From Bacteroidota bacterium (GTDB taxonomy: Bacteria; Bacteroidota; Bacteroidia; J057), in assembly GCA_013298365.1 (NCBI GenBank), contig JAAFHL010000003.1, forward strand, positions 1 through 42,698: DNA of 42,698 bases. Reading direction: 5' to 3'. The position numbers and the translations under genes were made by a program. The notes under the pieces are model-generated. The model was not told where the DNA came from, searched no databases, and was given only the letters and a program-made list of their open reading frames with translations. This document shows, piece after piece, positions 39,974-42,698 of this stretch. How positions within the stretch are numbered: position 1 is the first letter of the stretch; every line of letters begins with the position of its first letter.

Positions 39974-42698
39974 TTATCTTTTCATCTTTAATTGTTCTAT
40001 GTCATTTTTAAGTTCATTAATTAGTTTTTGTTGTTCTTTAATAGCTTCAATTAAGTAGGGAGTTATGGCAGAATAGTTGACAAACATATCGCCTGTTCCT
40101 CCTTCTTCAACAGCCAATGGAAATTGTTTTTTTAATTCTTGAGCTAAAACACCACTATTCCATACAGGTTGTTGTCCTTTCTCTATTTCGGACTGAGCCA
40201 ATTTAAACTGATATTCATATCCACCTATTTTCATAATCCTATCTAAAGATTTAGTAATGGGGGTAATATTGTTTTTCTTGCGTTCATCACTTACTGTTAC
40301 CAATGAGCCTGCTGAGTTTATATAGGATTTAAGCGCAGTATTATCATAAGGATTGGTATTTGCACCGTCAAAAAAGTCTTCGTCCATAAAATAAAGTAGT
40401 GCTGCAGGTTGTCCTTGATTACCATCGCCAGGAGACCAAATCGCACAAGTATTCCCATCTGCAAAAAAACCGCCCGACTCAAGAGTTGTATTTCCATTAA
40501 CACCTAAAGAAGACACCATTGCATATCGACCACCAAAACCCATGACTTGCGCCCCATTACCATGCTGAAAAGTATTTGTGCCTCCTGTTACCATGCCTGG
40601 TTCACTTGTTATATTTCCTAATGATAAAGTAACGTTTGTAGTACTTGTGCTATATAATCCAAGTGTACTTCCTAAATCTACATCTGTAAAATATGCATCA
40701 TCTCCGATAACAAGATTCTGAGAGCCTGCTGCACCATAGTCTTGAGCTGTGATTCTACCACTTACAAAGAGATTTTGTTGTGAAGTAGCAGAACCTGGAC
40801 CTACTCTCACTGTTCCAGAGCTTGCCCCTAATACAAGGTCATTATTTGCACCTGTAGAAGTTCCATCTGTATAAAGCCCATTATACCCCCAAGCCGAACC
40901 CAAACGTAGGCGACCACGCCCTCCTACTGTCATGGTTTCATTTCCTTGAACGTGAATGTTATTTTCTGTCCAAAGGTCTGTATTATATACATTTGTACCT
41001 GCGCCATTAATCGCAAGTCTTACGCCAGGTGCTGTTGTACCAATCCCTACATTGCCCGCTTGTGTAATTGCCATTCGGTTAGCAGAAGATGTATAAAAAT
41101 CTAAACCAAATTGATTTCCACCTGCATTGCGCTTAGAAGCAATTCCCTCTCCCGAAGCATTACCAAAAGCTAAAGCATTAGAAGAAATAAGACCAGTGTT
41201 ACCATTATTATTGTCAATAGTAGCACCAGAGCCTACGGTAAGCCCGCCGTCCATACGTCCATTAGACGAAATCCAGAAATTAGCAGTACTTTGTTGAGCA
41301 GCAAATTGATTTTTGATGTAACCATTATTATTTTGGTTTAAAGTAACAACTCCTGTACTTGAAATCGTTGCATCTCCACTTACGGTGGTAAAAGTAGGGA
41401 CATTTGAAGCATTACCTAACAAAACTTGTCCCGCAGTAGGGGCAGATGTAAGGTTCACATTTCCTGTACCATTACCATAGAGTACGCCATTGCTTGTGAG
41501 GCTTGTAAGTCCTGTTCCCCCATTAGCTACGGGAACTGTACCAAGTGAAATGACGGGCGTTGTTGTACCTGTTGCCACATTGATAGGAGAAGTACCTGTT
41601 ACAGAAGTAACAGTACCTGTGGTCGGACTCACCCAACTCAATACGCCAGCACCATTATTAGAAAGTGTTTGTCCTGCTGTTCCTTGTGCAATGGGTAAAG
41701 TAAGCGCATAAGAAGTTGTGGTAGTACCTGAATTAAGCGTTACCGTATTGCCATTCGCTGAATTTGCCATAATTAAAGCCCCGGTATTACTTGTGCCGAC
41801 TCCTAATTGCAAACCTGCCGCAGAAAGGCGAGCTTTTTCTGTATTTGCAATCACAAACCCCATTGTATTTGCACCAGGACGATATATCCCACTATTTGCA
41901 TCATTTGTAAAACGAATAGCAGGCGTACCTGTTCCGCCGTCATTTGCAATAAAACCGCTATTTGTACGAACCGCTCCTGATACATCTAATTTCACGCCTG
42001 GCGTAGCCGTTCCTATACCCACATTTCCTGTTCCTGTAAAAGCAACATCAAATCCTGCTTGTGCAATGGTGGTAGCTTGAATCAATGTACCTCCTAATTG
42101 TGTATTGCTACTCGTCATTGTCAAACCATTATTTGCAGTATAAACGGTAGCCGCAGGCAAAGTAACCGAACCGCCATTTACCAAAGAAATGACATTTCCT
42201 GCAATCGAAAGGGCTTGATTGTCTGTATTATCCAAATAGGTTGCAAGATTTACACCAGCACTTGTAACCCCATTTACCGTTGTGGTTAATGTATTCGCAT
42301 TAATCGTATTAGAAACCGTATTTACTGCATCTGCCGTAGCAACAACCCCGTTTACGGTACTTGTTAAGGTATTTGTTCCGTTATTTACTAAAACATTTGT
42401 GGTCGCAGGGGCGGCAGGTAAGGTAACATTTCCCCCATTTGTTAAAGAAATAACATTACCTGCGATGCTAAGTTGTTGTGCGTCAAGGGACGTTAAAGGA
42501 ACGCCTGTACCACCACCCGAAATATTCAAGTTACCACCCGAAACCGATAAATCTTGTATTTCATTGGTAATACTGCCATCAACCTCTGTAAAAGTATTAG
42601 CAACCACATAAGGCGAAGCGGTTGTACCTGTTCCTGTTACCGAAATATTTGTACCTGCGGTTACTTTTGTTTCCGAACCATCAGCACTTGGGACAGTA
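39974..42698 (-). CDS. tail-fibre-like repetitive surface protein with C-terminal peptidase S74 / intramolecular chaperone auto-processing domain (5' end outside the window)
   Basis: The frame stays open to the window edge upstream of the track start at 42607. The sequence is Gly/Thr/Asn/Val-rich with an internal duplication (QLSIAGNVISLTNGGNVTLPAA and ALSIAGNVISLVNGGSVTLPAA). The C-terminal 105 aa start VSDERKKNNI...GGYEYQF...GVLAQEL, the signature of the endosialidase/tail-spike chaperone domain. Confidence 0.7.
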   Translation of the reverse strand, partial: TVPSADGSETKVTAGTNISVTGTGTTASPYVVANTFTEVDGSITNEIQDLSVSGGNLNISGGGTGVPLTSLDAQQLSIAGNVISLTNGGNVTLPAAPATTNVLVNNGTNTLTSTVNGVVATADAVNTVSNTINANTLTTTVNGVTSAGVNLATYLDNTDNQALSIAGNVISLVNGGSVTLPAATVYTANNGLTMTSSNTQLGGTLIQATTIAQAGFDVAFTGTGNVGIGTATPGVKLDVSGAVRTNSGFIANDGGTGTPAIRFTNDANSGIYRPGANTMGFVIANTEKARLSAAGLQLGVGTSNTGALIMANSANGNTVTLNSGTTTTSYALTLPIAQGTAGQTLSNNGAGVLSWVSPTTGTVTSVTGTSPINVATGTTTPVISLGTVPVANGGTGLTSLTSNGVLYGNGTGNVNLTSAPTAGQVLLGNASNVPTFTTVSGDATISSTGVVTLNQNNNGYIKNQFAAQQSTANFWISSNGRMDGGLTVGSGATIDNNNGNTGLISSNALAFGNASGEGIASKRNAGGNQFGLDFYTSSANRMAITQAGNVGIGTTAPGVRLAINGAGTNVYNTDLWTENNIHVQGNETMTVGGRGRLRLGSAWGYNGLYTDGTSTGANNDLVLGASSGTVRVGPGSATSQQNLFVSGRITAQDYGAAGSQNLVIGDDAYFTDVDLGSTLGLYSTSTTNVTLSLGNITSEPGMVTGGTNTFQHGNGAQVMGFGGRYAMVSSLGVNGNTTLESGGFFADGNTCAIWSPGDGNQGQPAALLYFMDEDFFDGANTNPYDNTALKSYINSAGSLVTVSDERKKNNITPITKSLDRIMKIGGYEYQFKLAQSEIEKGQQPVWNSGVLAQELKKQFPLAVEEGGTGDMFVNYSAITPYLIEAIKEQQKLINELKNDIEQLKMKR

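Noticed and set aside
41490-42611. Several plus-strand ORFs (73-120 aa) rich in Val/Pro/Thr
   Set aside because: Antisense shadows of the Gly/Thr/Asn/Val-rich tail-fibre-like gene.
39974-42698. Prophage call based on the tail-fibre/S74 domain
   Set aside because: No other phage-type genes (terminase, capsid, portal, integrase) are visible within the window. The region upstream is outside the window, so a prophage cannot be asserted.

Overview
AT-rich chromosomal segment with a Bacteroidota signature: two proteins with T9SS C-terminal sorting domains, a PorU-like C25 peptidase, two CarboxypepD_reg-type TonB-dependent receptors, and TTTG/TAnnTTTG promoter-like boxes. I support 31 protein genes. 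Most are housekeeping or envelope functions: IscA/HesB-type Fe-S protein, MsrB, YfcH-like epimerase, two EamA transporters, geranylgeranyl-reductase-like flavoprotein, CBS protein, DUF2853, PdxA, OmpA-C protein, alpha/beta hydrolase, DusB, CPBP protease and GMC oxidoreductase. I saw no rRNA, tRNA, CRISPR array, transposase or integrase. The candidates worth a second look are as follows. (1) A cytoplasmic CHAT/caspase-like protease is fused to a Walker-A-less STAND-like module and tightly linked (3-nt gap) to a secreted OmpA-C protein (14704-16704). This is my best guess for an undescribed conflict-type module. (2) Three paralogous small PD-(D/E)xK proteins of HsdR-N-terminal type are present. 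One has a decayed N-terminus. Two are convergent around a T9SS-secreted S51 peptidase, next to a tail-fibre-like giant protein that carries an S74 autoproteolytic chaperone domain. (3) An orphan NuoL-like antiporter subunit has a ~190-aa C-terminal extension and two in-frame heptanucleotide repeat arrays. (4) The intergenic DNA is unusually rich in structured repeats. These include a 123-nt palindromic element in two copies with a compensatory stem substitution (one copy nested in a ~330-bp palindrome), a ~150-bp multi-hairpin element inside a 1-kb gene-free gap, heptamer arrays, and two other dispersed repeat families. All family calls come from motif recognition by eye; no database search was run.
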